Source: Ignavibacteria bacterium
Lineage (GTDB): Bacteria; Bacteroidota; Ignavibacteria; Tepidaquicellales; OLB5
Direction of reading: 5' to 3'
Length of the DNA stretch: 64,000 nt
NCBI GenBank assembly: GCA_019912545.1
Contig: JAIOIK010000147.1
Span: 7,747 to 71,746, forward strand
Below are positions 18,255-29,081 of the stretch, one piece after another. How positions within the stretch are numbered: position 1 is the first letter of the stretch; each line of letters opens with the position of its first letter. Below the pieces are notes generated by a model. The model searched no databases, had not been told where the DNA came from, and was given only the letters and a program-made list of their open reading frames with translations. The position numbers were made by a program, and so were the translations under genes.

Positions 18255-18995
18255 TTGGCCTCCGTTCTAAAAGCAAATAGTCTGGTAAAGATATATAATA
18301 AGCGACCTGTTGTTGATGGGGTCTCCATTTCTGTGAAGCAGGGTGAGGTTGTAGGACTGCTTGGACCTAACGGAGCAGGTAAAACAACTACTTTCTATGT
18401 CATTACCGGCATGATTAAACCTAACTCAGGAGAGATCTTACTTGATGGTGAAGATATATCTTCACAGCCAATGTACAAAAGAGCAAGACTGGGAATTGGA
18501 TATCTGCCGCAGGAAGCTTCTATTTTCCAGAAAATGACCGTTTACCAGAATATATATTCAGTTCTTGAGTTTATGCACATGGAAAAATTTGAGAGAGAAG
18601 AAAAGGCAAATGAACTGATGAAAGAATTTGGAATAAGTCACATTTCCGGTAGTAAGGGTTACGTTCTATCGGGAGGTGAAAGAAGGCGCACAGAAATAGC
18701 CCGTGCAATTGCAACAGATCCCAAATTCATACTACTGGATGAGCCCTTTGCCGGTATTGACCCTATTGCCGTAGAGGAAATTATGAAAATTGTTGCCAAG
18801 CTTAAGGAAAAGGGTATTGGTGTGCTTATAACAGATCATAATGTACATGAAACATTATCAATTGTCGATAGGGGCTATATATTAATTGAAGGCAAAATAT
18901 TCCGCCAGGGTTCTTCCGAGGTTCTTGCCGATGATGAAAAAGTACGTAAGCTGTATTTAGGCGAAAGTTTTAAGCTTGATAGGTATCAGCAATGA
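18255..18995 (+). CDS. lptB: LPS export ABC transporter ATP-binding protein
   Basis: GLLGPNGAGKTTTFY, GIGYLPQEASIF, LSGGERRRTEIARA and FILLDEPFAGIDP are colinear with E. coli LptB. Confidence 0.9.
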   Translation: MASVLKANSLVKIYNKRPVVDGVSISVKQGEVVGLLGPNGAGKTTTFYVITGMIKPNSGEILLDGEDISSQPMYKRARLGIGYLPQEASIFQKMTVYQNIYSVLEFMHMEKFEREEKANELMKEFGISHISGSKGYVLSGGERRRTEIARAIATDPKFILLDEPFAGIDPIAVEEIMKIVAKLKEKGIGVLITDHNVHETLSIVDRGYILIEGKIFRQGSSEVLADDEKVRKLYLGESFKLDRYQQ

Positions 18996-19699
18996 AAAAA
19001 GTTATCCTTGCAGTTTCCGCACATCCCGATGATATCGAGTTCTCCTGCGGCGGAACAATGTTTAAATACGAAGAATTGGGATTTGAAATTTATTTCGCAG
19101 TTGCTACTAATGGTGAAAATGGATTTAAGATCGCGCATAAACCCAAGGCTGAGAGAATTAAGATCAGGCATAAAGAACAACTCAAAGCCGCAGGGGTACT
19201 TGGAGTTAAAAAAGTGTTTTTTCTTAATCAAAGAGATTGCCATTTGGAATATACAGAGGGTCTCCGAACTAAACTGGTTAAGATAATCAAAGAAGTTGAA
19301 CCTGATATCATATTCAGTTTTGATCCGGCTAACAAATCGTTTGAAAGCATAAATCTCAATCACCGCGATCACCGGATAATTGCAGAGGCAGTGTTTGATG
19401 CGGTTTTTGCAGCAAGGAACCGTTACGCATACCCGGGAAATCCTCATGCAGTTAGTTTTTTTCACTTCTTCGGGCCGGATAAGCCAAACTATTTTGAGAA
19501 CATTACCAAGTACATAGATTGTAAAATTAAGCTCATTGAAGCCCATAGATCGCAGTTTGATGATTACAATTCGATGGCAAAGTGGGTAAAATTTCATCTT
19601 TCCAGCTATACCAGGAAGTATAAATTCAGCGAAAAATTCAGGATAGTAGAAATAAAGAAACCGTTTGTGATGGAGGATGCCGGTGATAAGAGTAAGTGA
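18992..19699 (+). CDS. PIG-L/LmbE family deacetylase
   Basis: VLAVSAHPDDIEFSCGGT N-terminal signature and a downstream HRDH motif. 4-nt overlap with lptB. Confidence 0.8.
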   Translation: MKKVILAVSAHPDDIEFSCGGTMFKYEELGFEIYFAVATNGENGFKIAHKPKAERIKIRHKEQLKAAGVLGVKKVFFLNQRDCHLEYTEGLRTKLVKIIKEVEPDIIFSFDPANKSFESINLNHRDHRIIAEAVFDAVFAARNRYAYPGNPHAVSFFHFFGPDKPNYFENITKYIDCKIKLIEAHRSQFDDYNSMAKWVKFHLSSYTRKYKFSEKFRIVEIKKPFVMEDAGDKSK

Positions 19700-20057
19700 A
19701 GATGAGTTTCACAGCATGATGGATGATGCCATAGCATCTATCCCGGCACATTTCAAGAAGAAAATTGATAATGTAGCTTTCATTGTTGAGCAGTATCCAA
19801 CAGAAAGTGATATTGAAAAACTGGGACTGCCGAATATTTATTCGCTGCTGGGATTGTACTCAGGAGTCCCATACACATTCAGAAATACTTATTACATGGG
19901 AGTCACACCGGACAGAATCATATTATTTCAGAGAAATATCGAATCACACTGTGATACAATTGATGAGTTAAAAGAAAAGATTCGGGAAGTTGTGATACAT
20001 GAGGTGGCACATTATTTCGGTATGGATGAAGATGAGGTACGGCAGGCAGGTTATTAA
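19677..20057 (+). CDS. Zincin-like metallopeptidase family protein (small, HExxH)
   Basis: C-terminal VIHEVAHYFGMDEDE motif. The start is ambiguous: ATG 19677, GTG 19683 and the in-frame ATG 19716 are all possible. Confidence 0.65.
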   Translation: MPVIRVSEDEFHSMMDDAIASIPAHFKKKIDNVAFIVEQYPTESDIEKLGLPNIYSLLGLYSGVPYTFRNTYYMGVTPDRIILFQRNIESHCDTIDELKEKIREVVIHEVAHYFGMDEDEVRQAGY

Positions 20058-21902
20058 TTATAGCTCTATTTGTGAACCTACTTCAAATACTCTGTCATTT
20101 GGAATGTTGAAGAACTCGGTGACTCTTTGTGAATTCCGGGATAGAAGTACAAACAATTTTTTCCTGAGTCTAATGAACCCATTGCGGTCCTTAACCACAA
20201 GAAGCTCTCTTCCAAGGAAAAACGTTGTTTTCTCGATATTTATCGTTATTCCTTTTGAATTTAGTAAGGCTATTATCTGCTGCATATTCGCATTATCCAT
20301 AAATCCATACGAAGCCATGACCCTGTAGAATCCGTCAGTTGGGTTGGCAATTACTATAGAATCTTCTTCGTTAATATGCGGCACTTTTTTGAATATAATA
20401 CTTAATACGATTATCTGCTTATGAAGAACCCTGTTATGTTTAAGGTTCTTAACAAGTGCAGGCGGAGTACCCTTTGGATTGCTTGACATATATATAGCTG
20501 TACCCGGAGTAGATACAACCCTCACACTCATAACCTCATCTATAAAGTTTTCGATTGGCTGAGTTTCTTCTTCGATCTTCAGCAGAAGTTTCTTCCTGCC
20601 CCAATTCCATGTCGTCATTATGAGGTAAATCATTGCACCTATTACAAGCGGTACCCATCCGCCATGAAGTATCTTTAATAAATTTGCGCCCCAAAAGGCA
20701 AGATCAACCGTTATAAAAAATAATGAAATAAATACTGAGAATATTATAGACCATTTCCAGAGATTTCTCATTGCGACAAAAGCCAGTATAGTTGTAATAA
20801 CCATAGTTGAAGTAACAGCAATGCCATAAGCGGCAGCCAGGTTACCGGAAGTCCTGAAGCTGAATACAAGCCAAATAGTGCCAATAAATAATAGCCAGTT
20901 TAGCTGTGGAATATATATTTGCCCGCGTTCTTCACGCGAGGTGTGAATTATCCTTACCCTGGGCAAATAGCCCAGTTGTATAGCCTGCTGAGTGATTGAA
21001 AACGCGCCGGAGATCAGTGCCTGGGAAGCAATTACAGTAGCAATTGTAGAAATTGCTACCATTGGGTAAAGCGCCCAATCAGGAGCAAGGAAGTAAAATG
21101 GATTTTTAGCAGCAAGCGGATTCTGCAGCATCATCGCCCCTTGCCCGAAATAGTTCAGTACCAGGCAAGGCAACACCATTGTAAACCATGCAATCCTTAT
21201 CGGCTTTGGTCCAAAGTGTCCCATATCGGCATAAAGCGCTTCGCCTCCTGTAACAACCAGGAATACAGATCCTAATATTACAAATCCATGAAACCCATTC
21301 GATAAAAAGAAATGATAGGCATATGCCGGGTTTAATGCCATAATAACTTCAGGGTTCTTAACAATTGCGGCAATTCCTAGTGAGGCTATTGATAAAAACC
21401 AGACGATCATAATAGGTCCGAATATTATACCGACTTTGCCTGTGCCCCTGTGCTGAAAATAAAACAAGAAGAATAATATTACAACCGTTATTGGGATTAC
21501 ATAGTGTTCCAAATGAGGTGTAGCTATTTGCAGTCCTTCAACGGCACTAAGTACAGAAATAGCGGGAGTTATGATCCCATCTCCGTAAAGTAAAGCAGCG
21601 CCAAACAATCCTATGCTGATAATGATGATATAGCTTAAGCCATATTTTTTCGGGCGCACCAATTCCATCAGTGCAAGGATTCCCCCTTCACCTTCGTTAT
21701 CTGCCCTCATTACAATTATCAAGTACTTAACAGAAATGACAATAATAAGAGCCCAGAACACCAATGAAAGTACTCCTAATACGTTATCATGTGTTGGTAA
21801 AACACCATGAGCTGGCGAAAAACACTCCTTAAGCGCGTATAAAGGACTTGTACCGATATCTCCATACACTACTCCTAAAGCCCCTACAGATAGAAACAGC
21901 AA
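20058..21902 (-). CDS. kup: Potassium uptake transporter Kup
   Basis: GVVYGDIGTSPLYALKE signature, 12-TM body and cytoplasmic C-terminal domain. The track start is TTG. There is no in-frame ATG upstream before a stop, so the N-terminus is uncertain. Confidence 0.9.
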   Translation of the reverse strand: MLFLSVGALGVVYGDIGTSPLYALKECFSPAHGVLPTHDNVLGVLSLVFWALIIVISVKYLIIVMRADNEGEGGILALMELVRPKKYGLSYIIIISIGLFGAALLYGDGIITPAISVLSAVEGLQIATPHLEHYVIPITVVILFFLFYFQHRGTGKVGIIFGPIMIVWFLSIASLGIAAIVKNPEVIMALNPAYAYHFFLSNGFHGFVILGSVFLVVTGGEALYADMGHFGPKPIRIAWFTMVLPCLVLNYFGQGAMMLQNPLAAKNPFYFLAPDWALYPMVAISTIATVIASQALISGAFSITQQAIQLGYLPRVRIIHTSREERGQIYIPQLNWLLFIGTIWLVFSFRTSGNLAAAYGIAVTSTMVITTILAFVAMRNLWKWSIIFSVFISLFFITVDLAFWGANLLKILHGGWVPLVIGAMIYLIMTTWNWGRKKLLLKIEEETQPIENFIDEVMSVRVVSTPGTAIYMSSNPKGTPPALVKNLKHNRVLHKQIIVLSIIFKKVPHINEEDSIVIANPTDGFYRVMASYGFMDNANMQQIIALLNSKGITINIEKTTFFLGRELLVVKDRNGFIRLRKKLFVLLSRNSQRVTEFFNIPNDRVFEVGSQIEL

Positions 21903-22185
21903 GTACTTCAGATGCTTATTACTATTATTTGTATCTGTTGGAGAAATATTTGATTGGTTGGTACTTATTCTATTTATAGTCTGATTTTTGCCATTACATA
22001 AATCTATGTGAAGTAGCAGTCTTTAAATTTAATAAAAAGCATATCATTTAGAAACTGCATTATTAGTATCAATATTTCAGTAAAATATCAATAACTATTT
22101 GTATCTTGTATCAATAGTACAATTGGAATAGTTACTCAAAAAATGCACTTTCAATTAAAATTGCTTAAAATTATATTGCCAAATC

Positions 22186-22488
22186 ATGAATAAAATACTA
22201 TTTCAAATCAATTACGATGTTTACCCTGAAAAGAGGGATGATTTTCTTGTGGATGCAAAAGAGCTTGAAAATTACATGAATTCTCATACAAAGCATAATT
22301 ATATGATTGTTGAGGACAAAAACAAAAAGAACAGTTTTTCAGAGGTTTATGTGCTGAATGATGAAGCTGAATTTGAAGGGCTTGAAGACGAAATGGACGA
22401 TACTATCTACGGGTTGACTACCAAAATTTTAGGCGAGTACGTGGTTGACGGTAAAACCAAATACTCCACGCTGTACCAGATCAGCTAA
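22186..22488 (+). CDS. Hypothetical small acidic protein
   Basis: 100-aa ORF in an otherwise empty 700-bp gap. No motif recognised. Confidence 0.4.
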   Translation: MNKILFQINYDVYPEKRDDFLVDAKELENYMNSHTKHNYMIVEDKNKKNSFSEVYVLNDEAEFEGLEDEMDDTIYGLTTKILGEYVVDGKTKYSTLYQIS

Positions 22489-22609
22489 CAATAGTTGCGA
22501 AATTATGGTTTATAAACAGGTATTTATCAATACTTCATATACCTTTATATCTGCACACTTAAGAAATTTAATTTTTGTTAATTTAGCTGTATGAACTGAA
22601 TTAACACTA

Positions 22610-24847
22610 TTGGCACAACTGAAAAAAAATAAACCAAGTTTTAAATCGGATAAAACTGTAAGGTTTTTCCTTGGATTATTGACCGTTATACTTATAACTG
22701 CAATGTTTCCGAAATATGAAACAATTGAAGCTGATTATACTGTAGGGATGGTTTGGAGCAAAGAAGACCTTATTGCTCCTTTTAGCTTTCCCATATACAA
22801 AAGTGAATCCGTTTATGGAAAAGAAGTTGATGAAGCCAAAAACAAAGTTCTTCCCGTATTCAATGTCAATCCGAACAGTACATCTGATCAAAACTGGCTG
22901 GACACACTGAACGTTTTGTTCTCGCAAATTCAAAAGGTTATCGATTATGAATCCGAGTTTGAGAAAGAGAAATCGTTACCTGAAGAAAAGAGAACTACAT
23001 CCGAGCAGATACTCAATAACCTTAAATCAGATCTTCGTGTTTCGTTTACCGAGGCCGAGTGGAACAGCATAACCGGAAATCTGAATAGCCAGCAGGCATT
23101 AGATGCCTTCAGAAAGAAGATCATTCAGTCTTTAAACCAGTTAAATGATAAGAAGATAATCGATATTCCCAAAAGCGGGATAAGTACTGGAAAGATTGCA
23201 TACTTTAAAAATAAAATTGAAGAAACCATTGACGTTAACGATGTAAGAGACGGATTAGAAACAGATAGAATACTCACTAACGATTTTGACAGTTTCTTTA
23301 GGAACCAGGAGCTTGCAAGCGTATCATTGAAGATCGCAAAATCATTTATTTTCCCTGATTTTGTTTATGACAAAAATGAAACTGAAAAGATTCTTTATTC
23401 AGTCACTGAGGCTGTTCCAAAAACATTTGGTCTTGTAAGAGAAAACGAGAGGATAGTAAGTAAGCATGAGCCTATTAATGAAGTAACTAAACTTAAGCTG
23501 GAATCTTACAAAAGAGTGAGGAATGAACAGATAGGCAATACCGATTTCATATTACAGCAGCTTGGACGGTTCCTTTTCGTCGCCTTGATGGTCTTTCTGA
23601 TCGGTATATTTCTGTTTAAAATGAGAAGCCGTGTTTTCGATGATAATTTTAAGCTGATAATCATTGCTTCTGTTATCCTTCTTCAGTGTTTATTTTCTTA
23701 TTTAAGTCTTCAGCTAAAAGTTAATTTCCCTATTGAGTATGTAATTTTTGTCCCGGTAGCAGCAATGCTGCTTACAATAATATTTGATTCAAGACTTGCT
23801 GTTTATATAATTATCATAATTTGCATACTTGTTTCAGCAGTCAGAGGAGGGGATTACGATATCCTGATCCCGAATTTCTGTGCATCAGTGCTGGTTGTTT
23901 ATTCGGTTAGAGATATCAAGAACCGCTCGCAGATATTTGTTTCTATGATATACATTTTTGCGGGGTATTTCGCAGCAATTCTTGCTATAGGGCTTGAGCG
24001 GTATGAAGATGTCGGCATGATGAAATCACAGGTATTTTTTGCTGCCCTTAATTCGCTGCTTTCTCCTATTTTGGCTTACGGTTTATTGATCTTTTATGAG
24101 CGTGTATTCAGAGTAGCAACTGATCTGGTATTTTTAGAACTAAGTGATTTCAACAATCCATTACTAAGAGATCTCTCTTCTAAAGCTCCCGGGACATTCC
24201 ATCATTCAATTATCATGGGAAATCTATCTGAGCAGGCTGCAAAAGAAATAGGCGCTAACCAGATACTTGCCAGGGTTGGATGCTATTATCACGATATTGG
24301 GAAGATACTCAATCCTGATTATTATGTTGAAAATCAAATGGATTCAAATAAGCATGACGATCTTAACCCTTCTTTAAGCGCAAAAATGATAATATCGCAC
24401 GTCAGAAACGGTATTAAACTTGCCGAAAAATACCGATTGCCAAAAGAGATCATCGATTTTATCCCTATGCATCACGGCACTAACCTTGTATCATATTTTT
24501 ATGAAAAAGCCAGGACAGACGATGGCGAAGTAGATACTACGCATGAATATATTTACCGTTACCCGGGTCCAAAACCCCAGACAAAAGAAACAGGAATTGT
24601 TATGCTTGCTGATTCAACTGAGGCGGCAACAAGATCTATCGAAGACCCTACGCCGGCAAAGCTTGAAACCCAGATCAGTGAGATCATCAAAGCCAGATTT
24701 CTTGATGGAGAGCTTGATGAGTGCGACCTGACTTTGAAAGACCTTATTAAGATCAAACAGAGTTTTCTTAAGACTATTGTTGGTATTCATCATCACAGAA
24801 TTAAATATCCCGAAAATATTGAAAGTGAAGAAGAAAATGTCTCCTGA
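22610..24847 (+). CDS. 7TM-receptor HD-domain phosphohydrolase (PgpH/YqfF-like)
   Basis: Extracellular N-domain, 7 TM helices, and a C-terminal HD block (GTFHHS..., YYHDIGK, MHHGT) as in PgpH-type HD-GYP-less hydrolases. Confidence 0.8.
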   Translation: MAQLKKNKPSFKSDKTVRFFLGLLTVILITAMFPKYETIEADYTVGMVWSKEDLIAPFSFPIYKSESVYGKEVDEAKNKVLPVFNVNPNSTSDQNWLDTLNVLFSQIQKVIDYESEFEKEKSLPEEKRTTSEQILNNLKSDLRVSFTEAEWNSITGNLNSQQALDAFRKKIIQSLNQLNDKKIIDIPKSGISTGKIAYFKNKIEETIDVNDVRDGLETDRILTNDFDSFFRNQELASVSLKIAKSFIFPDFVYDKNETEKILYSVTEAVPKTFGLVRENERIVSKHEPINEVTKLKLESYKRVRNEQIGNTDFILQQLGRFLFVALMVFLIGIFLFKMRSRVFDDNFKLIIIASVILLQCLFSYLSLQLKVNFPIEYVIFVPVAAMLLTIIFDSRLAVYIIIIICILVSAVRGGDYDILIPNFCASVLVVYSVRDIKNRSQIFVSMIYIFAGYFAAILAIGLERYEDVGMMKSQVFFAALNSLLSPILAYGLLIFYERVFRVATDLVFLELSDFNNPLLRDLSSKAPGTFHHSIIMGNLSEQAAKEIGANQILARVGCYYHDIGKILNPDYYVENQMDSNKHDDLNPSLSAKMIISHVRNGIKLAEKYRLPKEIIDFIPMHHGTNLVSYFYEKARTDDGEVDTTHEYIYRYPGPKPQTKETGIVMLADSTEAATRSIEDPTPAKLETQISEIIKARFLDGELDECDLTLKDLIKIKQSFLKTIVGIHHHRIKYPENIESEEENVS

Positions 24848-25760
24848 TAATGAAGTTAATGATCAAAAAACTACACAAATAAGATCATTTTTGCTTTATT
24901 TGGAGCTTGAAAAATCGCTTTCTGAAAACACCATAAGATCATACGAATTTGATCTGTATAAATTCAAAGAGTTCGTTAGCTCTCACGGAGTAAATTCGTT
25001 TGAAAATGTTAACGAAGAGCACATCAATAAATTCCTCCTGCAATTAAAGAAAGAAAACCGCGCAGCAACAACTGCAAGGATACTATCTTCACTCAGGCAA
25101 TTCTTCAATCACTTGATCGATAAGCAAAAAACCACTGTAAAGATTAACCCCCTTGAGTTTTTTGATTCGCCAAAGCTGGCAAGGAAGCTTCCGGATGTAC
25201 TCACAGTTCAGGAAATTGACAAAATATTAAATCAGCCGGATGTTAACATTGTGCTTGGTTTACGGGATAAAACCATTCTTGAAGTAATGTATGCATGTGG
25301 ATTAAGAGTAAGTGAAGTGATAGATCTTAAAACATCTAATTTGATCGCTAATGATATGATACTCAGGGTTTTTGGTAAAGGTTCAAAGGAGAGGATAGTA
25401 CCAATCGCCAGATCAACCATTGAATGGATAAATAGTTATCTGGCAAATGCGCGGGTAAGTATTGCAAAACCGTATTCTGAAGATCATTTGTTCCTGAACT
25501 GGAGAGGAAGGAAGCTATCCAGAATGGCAATTTGGGATATTATCAGCAAGTATTCCAAAATGGCAAAGATCGAAAAGAATATTCATCCGCATATATTCAG
25601 GCATTCATTTGCAACGCACTTGCTGGAAGGCGGCGCAGACCTGCGCTCAATTCAGGAAATGCTTGGCCATTCTGATATCAGCACTACACAGATATATACG
25701 CACGTTGATATAACATACCTGAAGGAAGTTCATAAGCAATTCCATCCAAGGGGAAGGTAA
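24837..25760 (+). CDS. xerD: Site-specific tyrosine recombinase XerD/XerC
   Basis: I place the start at the ATG at 24837 (the track start at 24777 lies inside the upstream gene). HPHIFRHSFATHLLEGGADLRSIQEMLGHSDISTTQIYTHV catalytic block, with R...HxxR...Y. Confidence 0.8.
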   Translation: MSPDNEVNDQKTTQIRSFLLYLELEKSLSENTIRSYEFDLYKFKEFVSSHGVNSFENVNEEHINKFLLQLKKENRAATTARILSSLRQFFNHLIDKQKTTVKINPLEFFDSPKLARKLPDVLTVQEIDKILNQPDVNIVLGLRDKTILEVMYACGLRVSEVIDLKTSNLIANDMILRVFGKGSKERIVPIARSTIEWINSYLANARVSIAKPYSEDHLFLNWRGRKLSRMAIWDIISKYSKMAKIEKNIHPHIFRHSFATHLLEGGADLRSIQEMLGHSDISTTQIYTHVDITYLKEVHKQFHPRGR

Positions 25761-25775
25761 TTAACGAATCGAAGT

Positions 25776-27194
25776 TTATGAACCGCTCAGGACTTCATCT
25801 TTAATACTGTATAAATAATTAAGGGCAGCTTCGTAGTTATTCGGAATAATTCCATCAAGTATTGCATCTTCGATCATTCCTTTTAGAATACCAACTTTCC
25901 TTGATGGTTCCAGATCACATATCTTCATGATCTCTTCACCTCTTACAGGTGACTGGAAGTTCCTTATCTTATCGCGCTCTTCAACTTCTTTGACCTTCTG
26001 CTCAACCTTATCGAAGTTCTCAAGGTATTTTTTAACTTTCCCAGGGTCTTTTGATGTAATATCGGCCCTGCAAAGCGTAAAAAGGTCTTCAATATCATCT
26101 CCTGCATCAAATATCAGCCGTCTTATTGCCGAATCGGTGACACTCTCGTTTGCAAGAGCAATCGGCCTCAAATGAAGGCGCACAAGTTTTTCAACATATG
26201 GCAATTTATCAAATGGCAGCCTTAGCTTTGTGAATATTCTTTTCTGCCATCTTGCGCCAACGTCTTCATGCCCGTGGAATGTCCAGCCGGTTCCTTCGAC
26301 GAATTTTTTTGTAGGAGGTTTTGCAATATCATGCATCAAAGCTGCAAATCTCAGCCAAAGTTTGTCTGTTTTCAATGAAATATTATCAACAACCTGCAGT
26401 GTATGATAAAAAACATCTTTGTGATGAAAATCTTTCCTTTGATCAACACCTTCAAGATTATGAACTTCAGGGAAAATGATTTCCATGATACCGGATTTAT
26501 ATAATAGTTTTAATCCAATCGATGGTTTGGGTGAAGACATGATCTTTAACAGCTCATCAGTTATCCGTTCCTGTGATACAACACTTGGCGAATGCCCGTT
26601 CAGTTTAAGCCTTTCCCTCATCCGTTTGAATGCATCAAAAGTATCTCCGGCGATCTCGAATCCCAGCTGGGATGCAAACCTGCAAGCGCGCATCATTCTA
26701 AGCGGGTCGTCATCAAAAGTCGCGGTAGGGTCAAGGGGTGTCCTAAGGACTTTGTCCTTAAGGTCATCAAGTCCGCTAAAAAGGTCAATCACTTCATTCT
26801 CATCGTTGTTTAAAGATACTGCAAGTGCATTAACTGTGAAATCTCTTCTTGAAAGGTCCTCTTTCAGGTCAGCGGGCACAACATCCGGTTTTCGTGAATC
26901 TTTCCTGTAGCTTTCTTTTCTTGCGGAAATAAACTCTATCTTGCTGCCTTCGATCTCCAGCATTGCAGTGCCGAATTTCTTGTAAATTGCCGTGAGCTTT
27001 AGGCCAAATTCTGCCGCAGCCTTATCTGCAAGATCAATAGCGTCACCAATAACTGAAATATCTATATCGGTTTTATTATTGCCAAGGAGCTTATCGCGTA
27101 CATATCCGCCCACAAGATAAGCCTGTATTTTCTCTTTTCTTGCCAGCTCTGCAATCCTGGCTATGATCATGTTTGAGTTTACGAAATCTATCAA
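25776..27194 (-). CDS. CCA-adding tRNA nucleotidyltransferase / poly(A) polymerase family with HD domain
   Basis: YLVGGYVRDKLLG..DIDI head domain, RRDFTVNA, and a C-terminal HD region (HDIAKP). Confidence 0.8.
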   Translation of the reverse strand: MIDFVNSNMIIARIAELARKEKIQAYLVGGYVRDKLLGNNKTDIDISVIGDAIDLADKAAAEFGLKLTAIYKKFGTAMLEIEGSKIEFISARKESYRKDSRKPDVVPADLKEDLSRRDFTVNALAVSLNNDENEVIDLFSGLDDLKDKVLRTPLDPTATFDDDPLRMMRACRFASQLGFEIAGDTFDAFKRMRERLKLNGHSPSVVSQERITDELLKIMSSPKPSIGLKLLYKSGIMEIIFPEVHNLEGVDQRKDFHHKDVFYHTLQVVDNISLKTDKLWLRFAALMHDIAKPPTKKFVEGTGWTFHGHEDVGARWQKRIFTKLRLPFDKLPYVEKLVRLHLRPIALANESVTDSAIRRLIFDAGDDIEDLFTLCRADITSKDPGKVKKYLENFDKVEQKVKEVEERDKIRNFQSPVRGEEIMKICDLEPSRKVGILKGMIEDAILDGIIPNNYEAALNYLYSIKDEVLSGS

Positions 27195-28192
27195 TTTTGA
27201 TGTCCGGAAATTATCCTGATTATTTCATCTGCCGCTTCAACTGCCTCTTTCCCGTCTTCAAGAGAGACCTTCACGGGCTTATTGCCAAGAATACTCTCAA
27301 AAAATGACTCGAGTTCATTCTTAATAGGGTTTGGTTTTTCAGGGCTATCACTGCCTGTATTAGGCTGTTCAAAAATTATTTTCTTGGAATCAGATAGCGG
27401 GAAACTCAAACCTTCGGCCATAGTATCAATATCCGTCAGCCTGAATATTTCAGATTTATTGTTAAGAAAATCTATTGATATATATGCATTATTCTGGAAT
27501 ATTCTCATTTTGCGCATCTTCTTGAGCGATATGCGGCTTGAAGTAAGATTTGCAACACAACCATTCCTGAAAGTGAGCCGTGCATTGGCAATATCAATTG
27601 CATCTGATATTACTGCAACACCATTAGCATCTATTTTTGTAATAGGGGAGCTTACCAGGTGAAGTATTATATCAATATCATGGATCATCAGGTCCTGTAT
27701 AACAGATACATCGGTACCGCGCGGATTAAATTGCGCAAGGCGGTGAGACTCAATAAACATAGGTTTTAAATCAAATCCCGCAAGTGAAGTGAGCGCAGGG
27801 TTAAACCTCTCCACATGCCCAACCTGAATCTTTACAGGGTTAGTTTCTGCCAGTTGGATAAGATCCTGTGCTTCTTCAAGTGAACTTGTTACGGGTTTTT
27901 CTATAAATACATTAATATTTCTTTTTATAGCTTTTTTTGCTATAGAAAAGTGCGTAGTTGTTGGAGTGACAATGATAAGTGTATCTATTTTGTTCAGTAG
28001 ATCTTCAAATGAATTATATTGAGGAAGTCCGTAAAGCTTGTTGACTTCATCTGAATTATTCTTATCAGTATCGTAGATCCCCGCAAACTTATAAGCCGGG
28101 TTATTAACTGATAATTCATTAAGCAGCCTGCAGTGAATTTTGCCTAAATGGCCGCATCCTGCAAGCCCGATTTTTAATATGTTGTTATTCAA
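27191..28192 (-). CDS. Gfo/Idh/MocA family NAD(P)-dependent oxidoreductase
   Basis: N-terminal Rossmann KIGLAGCGHLGKIH and an EKP motif (VFIEKPV). 4-nt overlap with the downstream gene. Confidence 0.8.
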   Translation of the reverse strand: MNNNILKIGLAGCGHLGKIHCRLLNELSVNNPAYKFAGIYDTDKNNSDEVNKLYGLPQYNSFEDLLNKIDTLIIVTPTTTHFSIAKKAIKRNINVFIEKPVTSSLEEAQDLIQLAETNPVKIQVGHVERFNPALTSLAGFDLKPMFIESHRLAQFNPRGTDVSVIQDLMIHDIDIILHLVSSPITKIDANGVAVISDAIDIANARLTFRNGCVANLTSSRISLKKMRKMRIFQNNAYISIDFLNNKSEIFRLTDIDTMAEGLSFPLSDSKKIIFEQPNTGSDSPEKPNPIKNELESFFESILGNKPVKVSLEDGKEAVEAADEIIRIISGHQN

Positions 28193-28199
28193 TTTGTTG

Positions 28200-29081
28200 T
28201 TATGATATATCTATGCTTACACGGTGCATGATAAACACACCAATTAGAGTTATTGCTGAACCGATTATGAAAAAAAGTGAAATATATTCGCCAAGAAAAA
28301 TGATAGAAAACAAAACAGTTAACAAGGGAGAAATGTTTGAAAGGGTTGTAAGCTTACTTACTTGAATATTCTTAAGGGCATAATACCAGATAAAATATGC
28401 AAGATAAGCCACTATAAACGAAAGATAAAAATACCCGATTATGCCTTTATACGTTAAATTGGCAAAAGTCAGGTTCGGGAGATCATAAACAAAAAGCGGA
28501 ATATAAAAGATACTGCCAACAAGAAATATGAAAGTAGAAGCTTTCAAGGCACCGTATTTTTCTATGATATTTTTACCCAGAGTCAAATACATAGAAAACG
28601 TCAAAACAGCAAACAAAAGCAGTACATCACCCGTGAGTACATCGTTATTTACCTGTGTTGCTGTAAAGTTCTCATAAAAAATGAAAACAATTCCTAAAAC
28701 AGTCAGCAGGATCGAAAACAACTTTGATAGCTTAAACTTCTCATACCTTATCAAAACGGCTATAATATAGGCGTAAACTGGATTGAGTGAATAAATTATA
28801 CCCGAGTGAGATGCAAATGATAGCTTAATACCCGATAAAAAGAAAAACTGGTTCAGCGGAATGCAAAGAAGTGATAACAGCAAAAGCCGGGGATAATCTT
28901 TCCTTTCAAACTTAAGATCCTGTTTCCTGATCTTAAGTGTAATAAAGAACAAAATTGCTGCCGTACCAAAACGGAAAAACCCGAAGGAAAGCGGAGAAAT
29001 TTCTGCAACGCTTAACTTTGCAAATATTGGAGTGAAAGTTGCTGCCAGTGTAATAAAGACCAGCAGCATCAGATTCTTCAT
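28200..29081 (-). CDS. DMT superfamily (EamA-like) transporter
   Basis: 293 aa, ten predicted TM helices in two EamA-like halves. Confidence 0.7.
   Translation of the reverse strand: MKNLMLLVFITLAATFTPIFAKLSVAEISPLSFGFFRFGTAAILFFITLKIRKQDLKFERKDYPRLLLLSLLCIPLNQFFFLSGIKLSFASHSGIIYSLNPVYAYIIAVLIRYEKFKLSKLFSILLTVLGIVFIFYENFTATQVNNDVLTGDVLLLFAVLTFSMYLTLGKNIIEKYGALKASTFIFLVGSIFYIPLFVYDLPNLTFANLTYKGIIGYFYLSFIVAYLAYFIWYYALKNIQVSKLTTLSNISPLLTVLFSIIFLGEYISLFFIIGSAITLIGVFIMHRVSIDIS

Noticed and set aside
18986-19597. 203-aa minus-strand ORF antisense to the PIG-L deacetylase gene
   Set aside because: The + strand frame carries the diagnostic AHPDD(I/L)E motif and fits the operon with a 4-nt overlap with lptB. 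The antisense ORF has no motif and an odd Cys/Phe-rich composition.
24777-24836. 20-codon extension of xerD
   Set aside because: It lies inside the upstream HD-hydrolase coding region. The ATG at 24837 gives a normal XerD N-terminus.
24837-25760. Tyrosine recombinase as the integrase of a mobile element
   Set aside because: The sequence is XerD-like and embedded in a housekeeping operon. I see no flanking phage or plasmid genes, att-like repeats or tRNA target.
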